Source of the DNA: an uncultured virus (IMG/VR IMGVR_UViG_3300042907_002442)
Taxonomy: Duplodnaviria; Heunggongvirae; Uroviricota; Caudoviricetes
Strand: one strand, 5' to 3'
Length of the DNA: 64,000 nucleotides
Virus record (IMG/VR): IMGVR_UViG_3300042907_002442
In this document: positions 27,622 through 37,403 of the stretch, piece by piece
Position numbering within the stretch: position 1 is the stretch's first letter
Layout of the letters: every line of letters begins with the position of its first letter
Position numbers and translations under genes: made by a program
Notes under the pieces: model-generated
What the model was told of the DNA's origin: nothing
Seen by the model: the letters and a program-made list of their open reading frames with translations, nothing else
Databases searched by the model: none

Positions 27622-28449
27622 ATGAAAAAAATATTACGAGAGGGAATAAAACCCGAGGGGACACCAGATTTAAAGTATTACGCATTCGATTGGGATGACA
27701 ACATTGTCCATATGCCAACAGAAATCTATTTGTTAGATGATGATGGTAATGAGGTTGGAATGAGTACTGAAGATTTTGCTGAATATAGAAGTAAAATAGG
27801 TAAAGGACCTTTAAAATACAAAGGGAGTACAATCGTTGATTTTGCTCCAAACGCCTTCAAGGATTTTAGAGTGGATGGTGACAAACAATTTTTGATTGAT
27901 GCTATGAAAGCTAAACCTGGTCCAGCATGGAAGGATTTTGTAGAAGCGGTAAACAATGGTTCGATTTTTGCGATAATAACTGCTCGAGGACACAACCCGA
28001 GAACTCTTAAACAAGCAGTTTACAATTATATAGTTTCCGATTTCAAAGGAATAGACAAAAACCAAGTAATTAAAAACTTAAAAAAATATAGAACCTTCGC
28101 AGGAGAACAGGATATGACTGATGAAGAACTTATAAAAACATATTTGGAGTTAAATAAGTACCACCCCGTTTCTTTTGGTGATGATATAGGTGCCACAAAC
28201 CCCGAACACGGAAAGGTAATTGCGATGCAAGAATTTGTAGACTATATAAAAGGGATGGCTGCTTTACTAAATAAAAGAAGTTTTCTTAAAATGGATATTG
28301 TAAATAAGTTTATTCCAGCAGTACCTACAATTGGCTTTTCAGATGACGATTTAAAGAATATAGAAGTAATGAAGAAAGCTTTTAAAGATAAACCAGAACT
28401 AGTAAAGACTTATTCAACAGCTGGAGGAATCAAAAAAGAAGTAAAATAA
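27622..28449 (+). CDS. HAD-superfamily phosphatase-like protein
   Basis: Motif I FDWDDNI, motif II IITARGH, conserved K, motif IV GFSDDD. Confidence 0.7.
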   Translation: MKKILREGIKPEGTPDLKYYAFDWDDNIVHMPTEIYLLDDDGNEVGMSTEDFAEYRSKIGKGPLKYKGSTIVDFAPNAFKDFRVDGDKQFLIDAMKAKPGPAWKDFVEAVNNGSIFAIITARGHNPRTLKQAVYNYIVSDFKGIDKNQVIKNLKKYRTFAGEQDMTDEELIKTYLELNKYHPVSFGDDIGATNPEHGKVIAMQEFVDYIKGMAALLNKRSFLKMDIVNKFIPAVPTIGFSDDDLKNIEVMKKAFKDKPELVKTYSTAGGIKKEVK

Positions 28450-28541
28450 AGATGAGTTTTTTAAAATAAAAGTAAATAGAAAAAATTTTCACTAATACTA
28501 TATTTATAACATATAAACACAGAAATTAAAATTTTTATAAT

Positions 28542-29030
28542 ATGGCTGATTTACTGATGAAGATGCCCTTACCCTACGAACCGAAACGGCAGAATCGATT
28601 CATTTTAAGGTTTCCTTCTAGCATGGGTATCAATGAATGGTTTGTTGAATCTGCTTCAAGACCCTCAATTAAAATAAATTCAACCGAAATTCAATTCTTG
28701 AATACTTCAACATTTGTTGCAGGTAGATTTAATTGGGATGAAATTCAGGTAAAATTCAGAGACCCGATTGGTCCGTCTGCGGCTCAAGCATTGATGGAGT
28801 GGGTTCGTTTACACGCTGAATCAGTAACAGGTCGTATGGGTTATGCTGCGGGTTACAAAAAAGATGTTGACCTCGAGATGTTGGACCCAACAGGAGTAGT
28901 CGTAGAAAAATGGATTTTATACGGAACCTTCCTGACAAGTGCTAACTTTGGTTCATTAGCGTATAGCAATGATGCTTTAGCTGATATCACATGTGGATTG
29001 CGTCCAGACCGTTGTGTGTTGGTTTACTAA
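28542..29030 (+). CDS. tail tube protein (gp19-like)
   Basis: YEPKRQNRF...RPSI...W.EI...DPI...MEW...GYKKD..LEMLDPTG.VVEKW.L.G; follows the sheath; TATTTATA at 28501-08. Confidence 0.9.
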   Translation: MADLLMKMPLPYEPKRQNRFILRFPSSMGINEWFVESASRPSIKINSTEIQFLNTSTFVAGRFNWDEIQVKFRDPIGPSAAQALMEWVRLHAESVTGRMGYAAGYKKDVDLEMLDPTGVVVEKWILYGTFLTSANFGSLAYSNDALADITCGLRPDRCVLVY

Positions 29031-29060
29031 TAGTATTTAAATTAAAAATAAAACTTGTAT

Positions 29061-29102
29061 ATTTAACCGTGGAGACATAAACTTCACGGTTAAATTTTTT
29101 TT
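29061..29102 (+). terminator. 14-bp hairpin with T-tract between the tube and chaperone genes
   Basis: ATTTAACCGTGGAG-ACATAAA-CTTCACGGTTAAAT (one G-U pair), then a T-run ending at the ATG of the next gene. Confidence 0.65.
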
Positions 29103-29849
29103 ATGCAAGACCAAAGTAGAGACTATGGACAACAAAATTTTTCATTACCTCACGATGTTGTAATACTTCCATCAGGAGGTAAGTTTTATAAAAACAAAAA
29201 AAAATCAGTTAAAGTTGGGTATTTGACAGCGTCGGATGAAAACATTTTGATGAGTAATACAAGCGATATTACTGGAACTTTATTGAGAAATAAAATTTAC
29301 GAACCTGATATTAAAATAGATGATTTATTGGAAGGGGATGTTGAAGCAATTCTTATTTTTTTGAGGAACACATCATTTGGACCTAACATAATGATGAATT
29401 TAATTGACCCACAAACAAAAAAACAATTCGAAGCTAATATTTCGTTGGAAGAGTTGAATATAAAAAAACCACTTCACGAACCAAATGAAGACGGTAGTTT
29501 TACTACAACTCTACCTGTTTCCAAAGCACAGGCGAAACTAAAATTGATGAATTATGGAGAACAAACAAATCTCCAAAATATTTTCGATAGTTACCCCCCA
29601 ACAAGACCAGCACCTAAAATCACTCTTACTTTACAAAACCAAATTTTGGAGATAAATGGAAATTCTGATAAAGCTGAAATAGCTAAATTCGTAGAGTCAA
29701 TGCCAATCGCGGACTCAAAATATATTAGGAAGTTCTTACAAGATGCTGAACCAAGATTGGATTTAACCAAACAAATTATAGCCCCATCAGGAGAAAGACT
29801 AACAGTAAACGTTGGTTTTGGGGTTGAATTTTTTCGCCCTTTCTTCTGA
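29103..29849 (+). CDS. tail assembly chaperone / baseplate hub assembly protein (gp26-like)
   Basis: VILPSGGKFY...LTASDENIL...LLEGDVEAILIFLRNTSFG; lies between tube and tape measure. Confidence 0.7.
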   Translation: MQDQSRDYGQQNFSLPHDVVILPSGGKFYKNKKKSVKVGYLTASDENILMSNTSDITGTLLRNKIYEPDIKIDDLLEGDVEAILIFLRNTSFGPNIMMNLIDPQTKKQFEANISLEELNIKKPLHEPNEDGSFTTTLPVSKAQAKLKLMNYGEQTNLQNIFDSYPPTRPAPKITLTLQNQILEINGNSDKAEIAKFVESMPIADSKYIRKFLQDAEPRLDLTKQIIAPSGERLTVNVGFGVEFFRPFF

Positions 29850-29988
29850 GTATAGAAAAGGACAATTAGACGAATTATATTACTTATCTACGTTGCTTCA
29901 TATAAGTTATTCTGATTTTATGATTATGCCCATTTTCGTAAGAAAATATCTTTTAGATAAATGGATTGAGACTCATCAAAAGGAGTAA
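29809..29988 (+). CDS. overlapping +1-frame ORF: probable frameshift extension of the chaperone (gp51/gpGT-like); not in ORF track
   Basis: Open from 29809 (after TAA at 29806-08) to TAA at 29986-88: ...FFALSSEYRKGQLDELYYLSTLLHISYSDFMIMPIFVRKYLLDKWIETHQKE; no ATG near its 5' end. Confidence 0.65.
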   Translation, partial: TLVLGLNFFALSSEYRKGQLDELYYLSTLLHISYSDFMIMPIFVRKYLLDKWIETHQKE

Positions 29989-30023
29989 AATCACAATTAC
30001 TCTATTTATAATAAAACTAAAAT

Positions 30024-32009
30024 ATGTTTTTCCAGCAAAGTGGGGCGGAGAAAGCGCCGATAACCTCAGAAGATTTACAAATTGCTAATAGATATTCTGA
30101 GGTTCTTAAAAAAATTAGAACCGATGTAGAGGCACTAAGAACTCCAGGAGGTTTTGCATCCACAATAACTACAGAACTCACAAACGTAGCTGAAGTTGCC
30201 GAGGCTCTGAATACGAGCTTTGTTGCTTCAAGAATGAGAATACAAGAAATGGCTAGGTCTGTTTCTGAAGCGACTCCAGGTATCGTAAAATTAGGAGGAA
30301 GTATTGAAGCAGTTGGAGGAGCAATACAAGGAATAGCTGCGGGAACTCGAAGAAATTTAGTTGCACAAAAAGAGCAAGTTGAGGAACTATATGCAACAAG
30401 TAAAATTTTGGGTACAGTAACATCGAAAATTGTCGATGAATTTACCGAGGCAGGGTATTCTTATGAAAATATTGCCAAAAAACTAGAAGAATCTATTGTT
30501 TATGTTCAAAGAATAGGACTCAACGCTAAAGTTGTCGTCTCAGATGTATTGAATAACACAGATAAATTGGCAAGATTTAATTTCAGTGAGGGAGTTTTAG
30601 GGTTTACTAAAATGGCTGCACAAGCATCGAGATTGAGGTTTGATATGAAAGAAGTTTTCACTTTAGCCGACAAAGTTCTCAACCCTGAAGATGCAGTAAG
30701 AATGGCATCAGCTTTTCAAAGATTAGGTGTTTCAGTAGGAAATTTGACAGACCCGTTCCAACTGATGAACCAATCTATAAATGACCCATCAGGATTACAG
30801 GATAGTATAATCAATATGGCTAAGTCTTTCACCTATTTTGATGAAAAGACTAAAAGTTTCAGAGTCAGTCCACAAGGAATTCTAACAATGAATGCTTTGG
30901 CAGCAGAAACCGACTTGAGTGCTGAGAACTTGAAAAGAACTGCATTGGCTGCTGCGGAGATGGATGATAAATTGAAAAGGATTTCTACCACAGGATTATC
31001 TTTCAATGTTAGTGAAGAAGACAAAAAAATGATTGCTAACGTTGCAAGTATGGGAAAAGAAGGTGAATATGAGGTTTCTATAAAAGACGAAAGGGGTAAT
31101 GAGTATCAAAGAAAATTAGTTGATTTACAAGAACAAGATTTCAAAAGAATTATAGAACAACAAGAAAAGGCACCAAAGACTGTACAACAGATACAAGAAA
31201 GCCAATTAAACACCGCTGAAAAAACATATGCGGAAATTAAATTCATTAAAGAATTAGTCAAAACTTCAATTTATACACAACCAGGTTTCTTGAGAAATAT
31301 GGAAGATGCTTTGAACATGACAAGAAAATCTGCTGAGGGTTTTGCTAAAGCAGTGAGAAAATCAGGTTATTTTAGAGATGCGGAAGAAATTAGAGAAAAA
31401 CTCAAAGAGGCTCAAAAGTTACCCGATGCGGACCGAAAAAAGCAAGAGGACCTATTATTTAAGGAGTTAATGAATTTAACTCAAAGACTTCCAGATGCTT
31501 TCAAGAATTATGAGATTGAAAGACAAAGACAACAAGGAGATATGGGTGATATGATGAAATCAATTCTCACAAGTACGGGTTTTGACATGTTTGGTGAACC
31601 TACGGGAAGAAGACCATTGAGAAGAGCAAGTGGAGGATTGGTGACAGGTCCCGGTACATCAACAAGCGATTCCATAGATGCCAAACTTTCGAATGGTGAA
31701 TTTGTTGTAAACGCAGCCTCAACTAAATCTTTCTTACCGATATTAAATGCTATAAATGAATCTGGGTTGAAGTCAACTTCAACAGGAATGAGCATGAAAG
31801 TTTCTTTTGATGAAAAAACTCCGATACCTGCAGAACTTACAGTAAAACTTCCGCCAGATTTTAGTAGTATGCCATCGTATCCTGCTTTTACTGAATACAT
31901 TCTACAATCTCCTGAAACTGTTAAACAAGCACTTTTGGAAGTTACTGAGGGTGCCCTATTGAGAGCTGGTAAAATTGCAAAGAAGGGGCAATATTCGGTA
32001 ACAACATAA
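30024..32009 (+). CDS. tape measure protein
   Basis: Helical Ala/Glu/Lys-rich 661 aa after the chaperone; C-terminal ASGGLVTGPGTSTSDSI.A.LSNGEFVVNA motif common in tape measure proteins. Confidence 0.8.
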   Translation: MFFQQSGAEKAPITSEDLQIANRYSEVLKKIRTDVEALRTPGGFASTITTELTNVAEVAEALNTSFVASRMRIQEMARSVSEATPGIVKLGGSIEAVGGAIQGIAAGTRRNLVAQKEQVEELYATSKILGTVTSKIVDEFTEAGYSYENIAKKLEESIVYVQRIGLNAKVVVSDVLNNTDKLARFNFSEGVLGFTKMAAQASRLRFDMKEVFTLADKVLNPEDAVRMASAFQRLGVSVGNLTDPFQLMNQSINDPSGLQDSIINMAKSFTYFDEKTKSFRVSPQGILTMNALAAETDLSAENLKRTALAAAEMDDKLKRISTTGLSFNVSEEDKKMIANVASMGKEGEYEVSIKDERGNEYQRKLVDLQEQDFKRIIEQQEKAPKTVQQIQESQLNTAEKTYAEIKFIKELVKTSIYTQPGFLRNMEDALNMTRKSAEGFAKAVRKSGYFRDAEEIREKLKEAQKLPDADRKKQEDLLFKELMNLTQRLPDAFKNYEIERQRQQGDMGDMMKSILTSTGFDMFGEPTGRRPLRRASGGLVTGPGTSTSDSIDAKLSNGEFVVNAASTKSFLPILNAINESGLKSTSTGMSMKVSFDEKTPIPAELTVKLPPDFSSMPSYPAFTEYILQSPETVKQALLEVTEGALLRAGKIAKKGQYSVTT

Positions 32010-32070
32010 TTGTGATTTAGTTTTAAAAAAAATAATGTTTACCTATTTATTGATTAAATAGAAGTATCAA

Positions 32071-35000
32071 GTGCCAAGTCCATTAGATTATAATAATTCG
32101 GAACGATTCAGGTCGAGATTGATGACAAGAAATCTTGCCCCTTATCCCAAGTCCCCAAATCGTCCGAATCCACCAATAACTTATGAATATCAACAATCAC
32201 AATTAGCGGTTACCGATAGTCCTGACGTACTAATTGATTCTCCAATTTTAGCTAACAGACTTTATCCATTAAATCAGTTTGGTGCGGAAGGTGGATATAG
32301 AATTGTGGGGGATGTTGGAGGATTGAATAATACTCGTTCAAACCAAGGTGAATACGGACCAGGTCAACAAGACGCTCATATAATAGACCAAGCTCAGCCT
32401 GCATCACTTCAGTGGAAACCTAAAAACGCATATTCCAATGGTTCTCAAACAGTTCTAGATAGTGGTGAATACATAACTGAACCTGATTATATAAGAAGTG
32501 GTTCAAGAAACCTTTATAATAACCAACCTTATCCAACAACTTTTGTACCATCATCTTATAACCCCGTTCAAATCCTTTTAACAAGGGACCCACAGGGAAG
32601 TAATGGTTTACTGACACAAGATTCCTATATCGCTAGATTGGGAGCATTTACTCTTAGAAGGTCTTTCGAAGAAAGGATTGCAACTGAAATAAGACAACAA
32701 ACTTTAGGAAGAATAAATTTATTCAACATAGATAGTGGTACAGATATATTCAATCTACTAACCACACGAGTACCCCTGATTGAACCAAATTGGGTAATCA
32801 CACAACCTTCAGGACCTATTTTAGCAGCAACAGACTTCGCGTTGAGATTAGCCGGAAGTATTTTGCCAACATCACCGATTCCTGGTTCTTATTTTGACCC
32901 ATCTATAAATTCAGGATTCCCCACAACCATACAACAATTACAAGCGGCCTTTACTAGGTCTAATACAAGTGTAGGTAATTTCTTTGGACAATTGTTAGGG
33001 CCACCTAAATCAGGTTCTCAAATATTTTTGAACAATACAGGGGGAGGACAAAAATCGAGATTATTCGGGAGTATAAATTATAACAAGTACAAACCTGGAT
33101 ATGAAAGGAATATTTTCGACAGAGTAGGGGGAGCTTTATTTGGTACTACAGTAAATAATTCTAATTACTACATTGGTTCACCAACTTCAGAACCGTCAAG
33201 AGTTTTTTCACCGACAGGAGATTTACCCAACAACGAATTTGGACAAGAAGTTCAAGCTCCTGTCTATGGTCCTCAAGAATTGGCCCAACTTTATGAAGGA
33301 CCTAGTAGAGAAATCAAACTTGGGGCCAACGGTCCTGCATATATAAATGGTGGTGGTATCGAGGGTGGATTTACTTGGGTCTCACCAAAGTATAGGGGGA
33401 ATGCCGGTAAAAAAGTAGGAATTGGGGGAGAAGTTACACAATTAGATGAAGACTTTAAACCATCATCATACAATTCAACTGAGTCCGTAAATTTAGAATT
33501 CAGACAGGGTTCAATACTTGATGATACCCAAAGGATTATAAATAGTCAACCACAGGGTGGAAGAAGATTACAACATGTTGGTAATGCTATGGACCAAGTA
33601 AGTAAAGTTTTCAACGATGGATATAAAGAACTTACTAAAGGTTCAAGAGTTTTAAGATATGTCGGTTCTTTAGGTAATGAGGTTGGAACCGAGTATTGTA
33701 GAGTTTTTGCTAAAGATATACCATATCTTCAGTATAATGACCTTCAAAAACAAGACGGTGTTGTAAATGAAGGTAGAAGATTTTCTTATTCTGTATTCGA
33801 CAAAACATATAATTTGAATATTGCACCTAACAAACAAGAAGGAGGTCAGGCTTCATCAAACTTGATAGGAACAAATAATACTGCTTTTGCTAAGAAATAT
33901 ATGTTCTCATTGGAAAATTTAGCATGGAGAACATCAAATACTCCTGGTATAAATGTGAATGAGTTACCAATTTGTGAGAGAGGTCCAAATGGTGGAAGAG
34001 TGATGTGGTTCCCACCTTATGGGTTGACATTTAATGAGACTGTAAATGCGAATTGGAAGACACAAGATTTTCTTGGTAGACCTGAACCAATTTACACTTA
34101 TACAAATACAAGTAGAGGTGGTTCATTACAATGGAAAATTGTTGTTGACCATCCATCAGTTCTGAATGTTATTGTGAATAAGGTTTTGAATAACGAAAGT
34201 AATAAAGAAAGAATTAATGGAATTTTGGAATCATTCTTTGCTGGTTGTAAAAAATACGATTTATATGAACTGGCTAAAAGATATTACACAATTCCTCCAA
34301 ATGAATTACAAGATATTCAACAAGCTATTGCGTCAAAAAATCTGAGTAAAGAACAAGTAAGTGTTGCTAAAAATACTTTAGCTACGGGGGCAAGAGATAC
34401 TCAAAGTAGTTCACAACCAATCACACAACCTTCACAGAACACACCACAAGACACACTGAAACAATTCCAAAACTTTGCATTGTATTTTCCCAATGACATT
34501 CCAGCACCTCCATCAGTATCACCTGTGGTTGGAAGTTATTCACAATATTATACAGATTATATCAACCAAAGTACAACCACTTACGCGGGGCAAGGAGTTT
34601 TTATAAACAATGTTGTAACTCAGAATTACAATCACATCCAAGTAAATTTCTTCAATGAACTCAAAACAGTGATGAAGAATAACCCTTCATCTAAAGTTGT
34701 AATAGAATTATTGGGAAGTGCGTCAGCCGCGGCAAAACAAACATACAATTTAGAACTTTCACAGAGAAGAATAGATAGTGTTAAAAATTTATTTGCTTCG
34801 GACCAATTGCTAAACTCGTACATACAATCAGGTAGAATTACATTTACAGAAGTTCCAAAGGGAGAAGGTGCCGAAAAAGTGCAAGTTTTTCAGTGGGATG
34901 CTAGTTCGAATCAATTTATAACTAATACTGAATTCGAAACTTGTACTGACAACGATGACAACAATAATAGTTTGGCGGGAGCACCAATAACTAACTCCAC

Positions 35001-37080
35001 AGCTATGGCTTGTAGAAGAGTCAAAATCAAATCAATAACAGTAAGTGCACCCGAACCATCTCAATTACCTCCAAATGTTGTACCTACTCAACCGACCACT
35101 GGTATAATCCCCCCAACTCCACCAACAACAGTTGAGCCTAAGTTTAGAAAGACTGATAATATTTCAAAAAGAATTGTGAGAGCTCTTATATCTGAATGTG
35201 ACTATTTCGAAACAATCAAACAAGACTCTCCGATGTTATATGATAATCTCAAAGACAAATTGAAATTCTTTCAACCATCATTCCATTCCACAACACCTGA
35301 GGGTTTGAATTCTAGACTAACCTTTTTACAACAATGTATGAGACCCGGGGATACTATTCCGACTGTGAAGGCAACTGCGGGGGGTGCGTATGAATTGGAG
35401 TATAATAATGCTGTAAATACTGCTTTTGGAACACCACCGGTCTTGATACTCAGAGTAGGTGACTTTTATAACACTAAAATAATTCCAACAAGTTTAAGTT
35501 TGAATTTTGAAGGTTTGGATATAAATCCTGAGGGTATAGGTATCCAACCTATGATTGCAAACGTCACTTTGAATTTTAATTTTGTTGGGGGTCAAGGATT
35601 GAAAACTGCGGTCGATAAATTACAAAACGCTTTGACATTCAATTACTACGCTAATACTGAGATGTGGGACGATAGAGCCGACCCAACCGACGACTCTTTC
35701 AAAGTGTTAGATAAAGAATTTTTACAAAGTGTTGCACAACCTACCGCTCCTACCACAAATCAAATTCAGAATATAGCGGCTTTAAGTAATAGTACTACTA
35801 TAGGAGATAGACTAACGAATGTTATTACGGCAACTGACGAAACTGGTAAAATAAGTTACAAAGGCTTTATGGATACTTTTGTGTCAACAACACAAACTTA
35901 CTTTACTTCTGTGTTCAATCAAAGTAAATCTATTTTTTCTCAATACAATAATGCCATGTTACAACAATGGAGCATTGAAAGAAAGTATCAGGAGGGAACT
36001 TTTTATACAGACCCGAACACAATTACTTATTTATACGGTAAGGCAGATAATCTACAAAAAAATATAAATAAAGTTTTTACCGACATGATTGCTCAAATAA
36101 ATGCCGGTCAAGACCCGTGGATTGAATGGATAAATAATACTGACAAGGATTTCTCAAGAGCAGCTAAAAATCAAATGAAACAAAATTATTTGGATTTTGT
36201 TAGGGCTAAACAAGGTACTTTTATAAATGCCGCAACAACAATTGTACAAGATGTTGTGAACACTCAACAAGCTTATCTTCAATATATTAGTAGAGCTAAT
36301 ATTGTACCATACTCAGGTACATCGTGGGATAACACTGACGGATTCCAAGAGACAAATGGTAATGTTGTAATTTATTGGGTGTCGGGAACAACAGGGGTAG
36401 GACCTGTGAATGCTGGAAATCCTAATCCTCCCACAACAACAAATCAGGAAATTGACCAAGATATAGATTTAATCAAAGTAAGTTTAAATGATTTCTATAC
36501 TAAATTGACAAGTGACGTAAATTTCAGTGTAGGTTCTGATAGCTATACAGGAATATTGGTAAGAGTGAATAGTACAGAAATAAGTACAATCATAAATGAT
36601 GTATTTTTTCCGTTCAGTAAGAACCCGTTGTTTAGTGGAAATCCTTTCAAAAGACAATATATGATTTTGTCTAACGACTTAAAGGGAGAGGCTTATGAAA
36701 GTTTTAAAAACGCTATGATAGGAAATCTACTTGAAAATCAATCTTTAGCACCAAGAGGGGCTTCTATGAGATATTCTGAAGAGTTTGATGCGTATTGGAG
36801 AGCGATTGTAAAACCAGCTTTTGACGAAGAGGATACTCTTACTCAAACATTCCTAAATGAGATGGAGACAAATCAGATGAAAAACTTCTTAAACTTTACA
36901 CCGTTCCCATTAGGAAAACCAAGAGAGTTTAACTACGCGAAATCAAGTGCTCCTGACCCTAACCAAGAAGTATTGATAAAATCTTTGGGGGCAAAAACAA
37001 ACCAAAACACAGATAATAAATGGAACACACCAACAACGCCAGGTGGAGACGTTCTTATATCTAAAGTTAAATTGAACTAA
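32071..37080 (+). CDS. large baseplate / tail-initiator protein with internal OmpA-like domain
   Basis: WKTQDFLGRPEPIYTYTNTSR and PPVLILRVGDFY...P..ANVTLNF are tube-initiator-like; OmpA_C-like motif at about 34477-35037. Confidence 0.65.
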   Translation: MPSPLDYNNSERFRSRLMTRNLAPYPKSPNRPNPPITYEYQQSQLAVTDSPDVLIDSPILANRLYPLNQFGAEGGYRIVGDVGGLNNTRSNQGEYGPGQQDAHIIDQAQPASLQWKPKNAYSNGSQTVLDSGEYITEPDYIRSGSRNLYNNQPYPTTFVPSSYNPVQILLTRDPQGSNGLLTQDSYIARLGAFTLRRSFEERIATEIRQQTLGRINLFNIDSGTDIFNLLTTRVPLIEPNWVITQPSGPILAATDFALRLAGSILPTSPIPGSYFDPSINSGFPTTIQQLQAAFTRSNTSVGNFFGQLLGPPKSGSQIFLNNTGGGQKSRLFGSINYNKYKPGYERNIFDRVGGALFGTTVNNSNYYIGSPTSEPSRVFSPTGDLPNNEFGQEVQAPVYGPQELAQLYEGPSREIKLGANGPAYINGGGIEGGFTWVSPKYRGNAGKKVGIGGEVTQLDEDFKPSSYNSTESVNLEFRQGSILDDTQRIINSQPQGGRRLQHVGNAMDQVSKVFNDGYKELTKGSRVLRYVGSLGNEVGTEYCRVFAKDIPYLQYNDLQKQDGVVNEGRRFSYSVFDKTYNLNIAPNKQEGGQASSNLIGTNNTAFAKKYMFSLENLAWRTSNTPGINVNELPICERGPNGGRVMWFPPYGLTFNETVNANWKTQDFLGRPEPIYTYTNTSRGGSLQWKIVVDHPSVLNVIVNKVLNNESNKERINGILESFFAGCKKYDLYELAKRYYTIPPNELQDIQQAIASKNLSKEQVSVAKNTLATGARDTQSSSQPITQPSQNTPQDTLKQFQNFALYFPNDIPAPPSVSPVVGSYSQYYTDYINQSTTTYAGQGVFINNVVTQNYNHIQVNFFNELKTVMKNNPSSKVVIELLGSASAAAKQTYNLELSQRRIDSVKNLFASDQLLNSYIQSGRITFTEVPKGEGAEKVQVFQWDASSNQFITNTEFETCTDNDDNNNSLAGAPITNSTAMACRRVKIKSITVSAPEPSQLPPNVVPTQPTTGIIPPTPPTTVEPKFRKTDNISKRIVRALISECDYFETIKQDSPMLYDNLKDKLKFFQPSFHSTTPEGLNSRLTFLQQCMRPGDTIPTVKATAGGAYELEYNNAVNTAFGTPPVLILRVGDFYNTKIIPTSLSLNFEGLDINPEGIGIQPMIANVTLNFNFVGGQGLKTAVDKLQNALTFNYYANTEMWDDRADPTDDSFKVLDKEFLQSVAQPTAPTTNQIQNIAALSNSTTIGDRLTNVITATDETGKISYKGFMDTFVSTTQTYFTSVFNQSKSIFSQYNNAMLQQWSIERKYQEGTFYTDPNTITYLYGKADNLQKNINKVFTDMIAQINAGQDPWIEWINNTDKDFSRAAKNQMKQNYLDFVRAKQGTFINAATTIVQDVVNTQQAYLQYISRANIVPYSGTSWDNTDGFQETNGNVVIYWVSGTTGVGPVNAGNPNPPTTTNQEIDQDIDLIKVSLNDFYTKLTSDVNFSVGSDSYTGILVRVNSTEISTIINDVFFPFSKNPLFSGNPFKRQYMILSNDLKGEAYESFKNAMIGNLLENQSLAPRGASMRYSEEFDAYWRAIVKPAFDEEDTLTQTFLNEMETNQMKNFLNFTPFPLGKPREFNYAKSSAPDPNQEVLIKSLGAKTNQNTDNKWNTPTTPGGDVLISKVKLN

Positions 37081-37403
37081 TGTCATACCCTTATTACAAC
37101 AGATATAATGAATTTACATTCAACGGAGAACAAACTATAGTTCCTTATGTGACAATTCCTGCAAAAACTACAGACCAAACATACATCTATAAGGTAGGTC
37201 AAAGTAGATTGGATAGAATTTCACAACAATATTATAGTTCCCCTGTTTTTGGATGGTTGATTCTACAGGCTAATCCAATTTTTGGTGGACTTGAAAACTA
37301 CATCTATGATGGTGCTATCTTGGTTATACCATTTCCATTGATACCATCTCTTCAAGATTATAAAACAGCTGTAGAACAATATTTTTATTATTATGGCAGG
37401 TAG
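37080..37403 (+). CDS. LysM-like baseplate wedge protein (gp53/gpX-like)
   Basis: YIYKVGQSRLDRISQQYY...W.IL.ANP...G..L.IP. Confidence 0.75.
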   Translation: MSYPYYNRYNEFTFNGEQTIVPYVTIPAKTTDQTYIYKVGQSRLDRISQQYYSSPVFGWLILQANPIFGGLENYIYDGAILVIPFPLIPSLQDYKTAVEQYFYYYGR

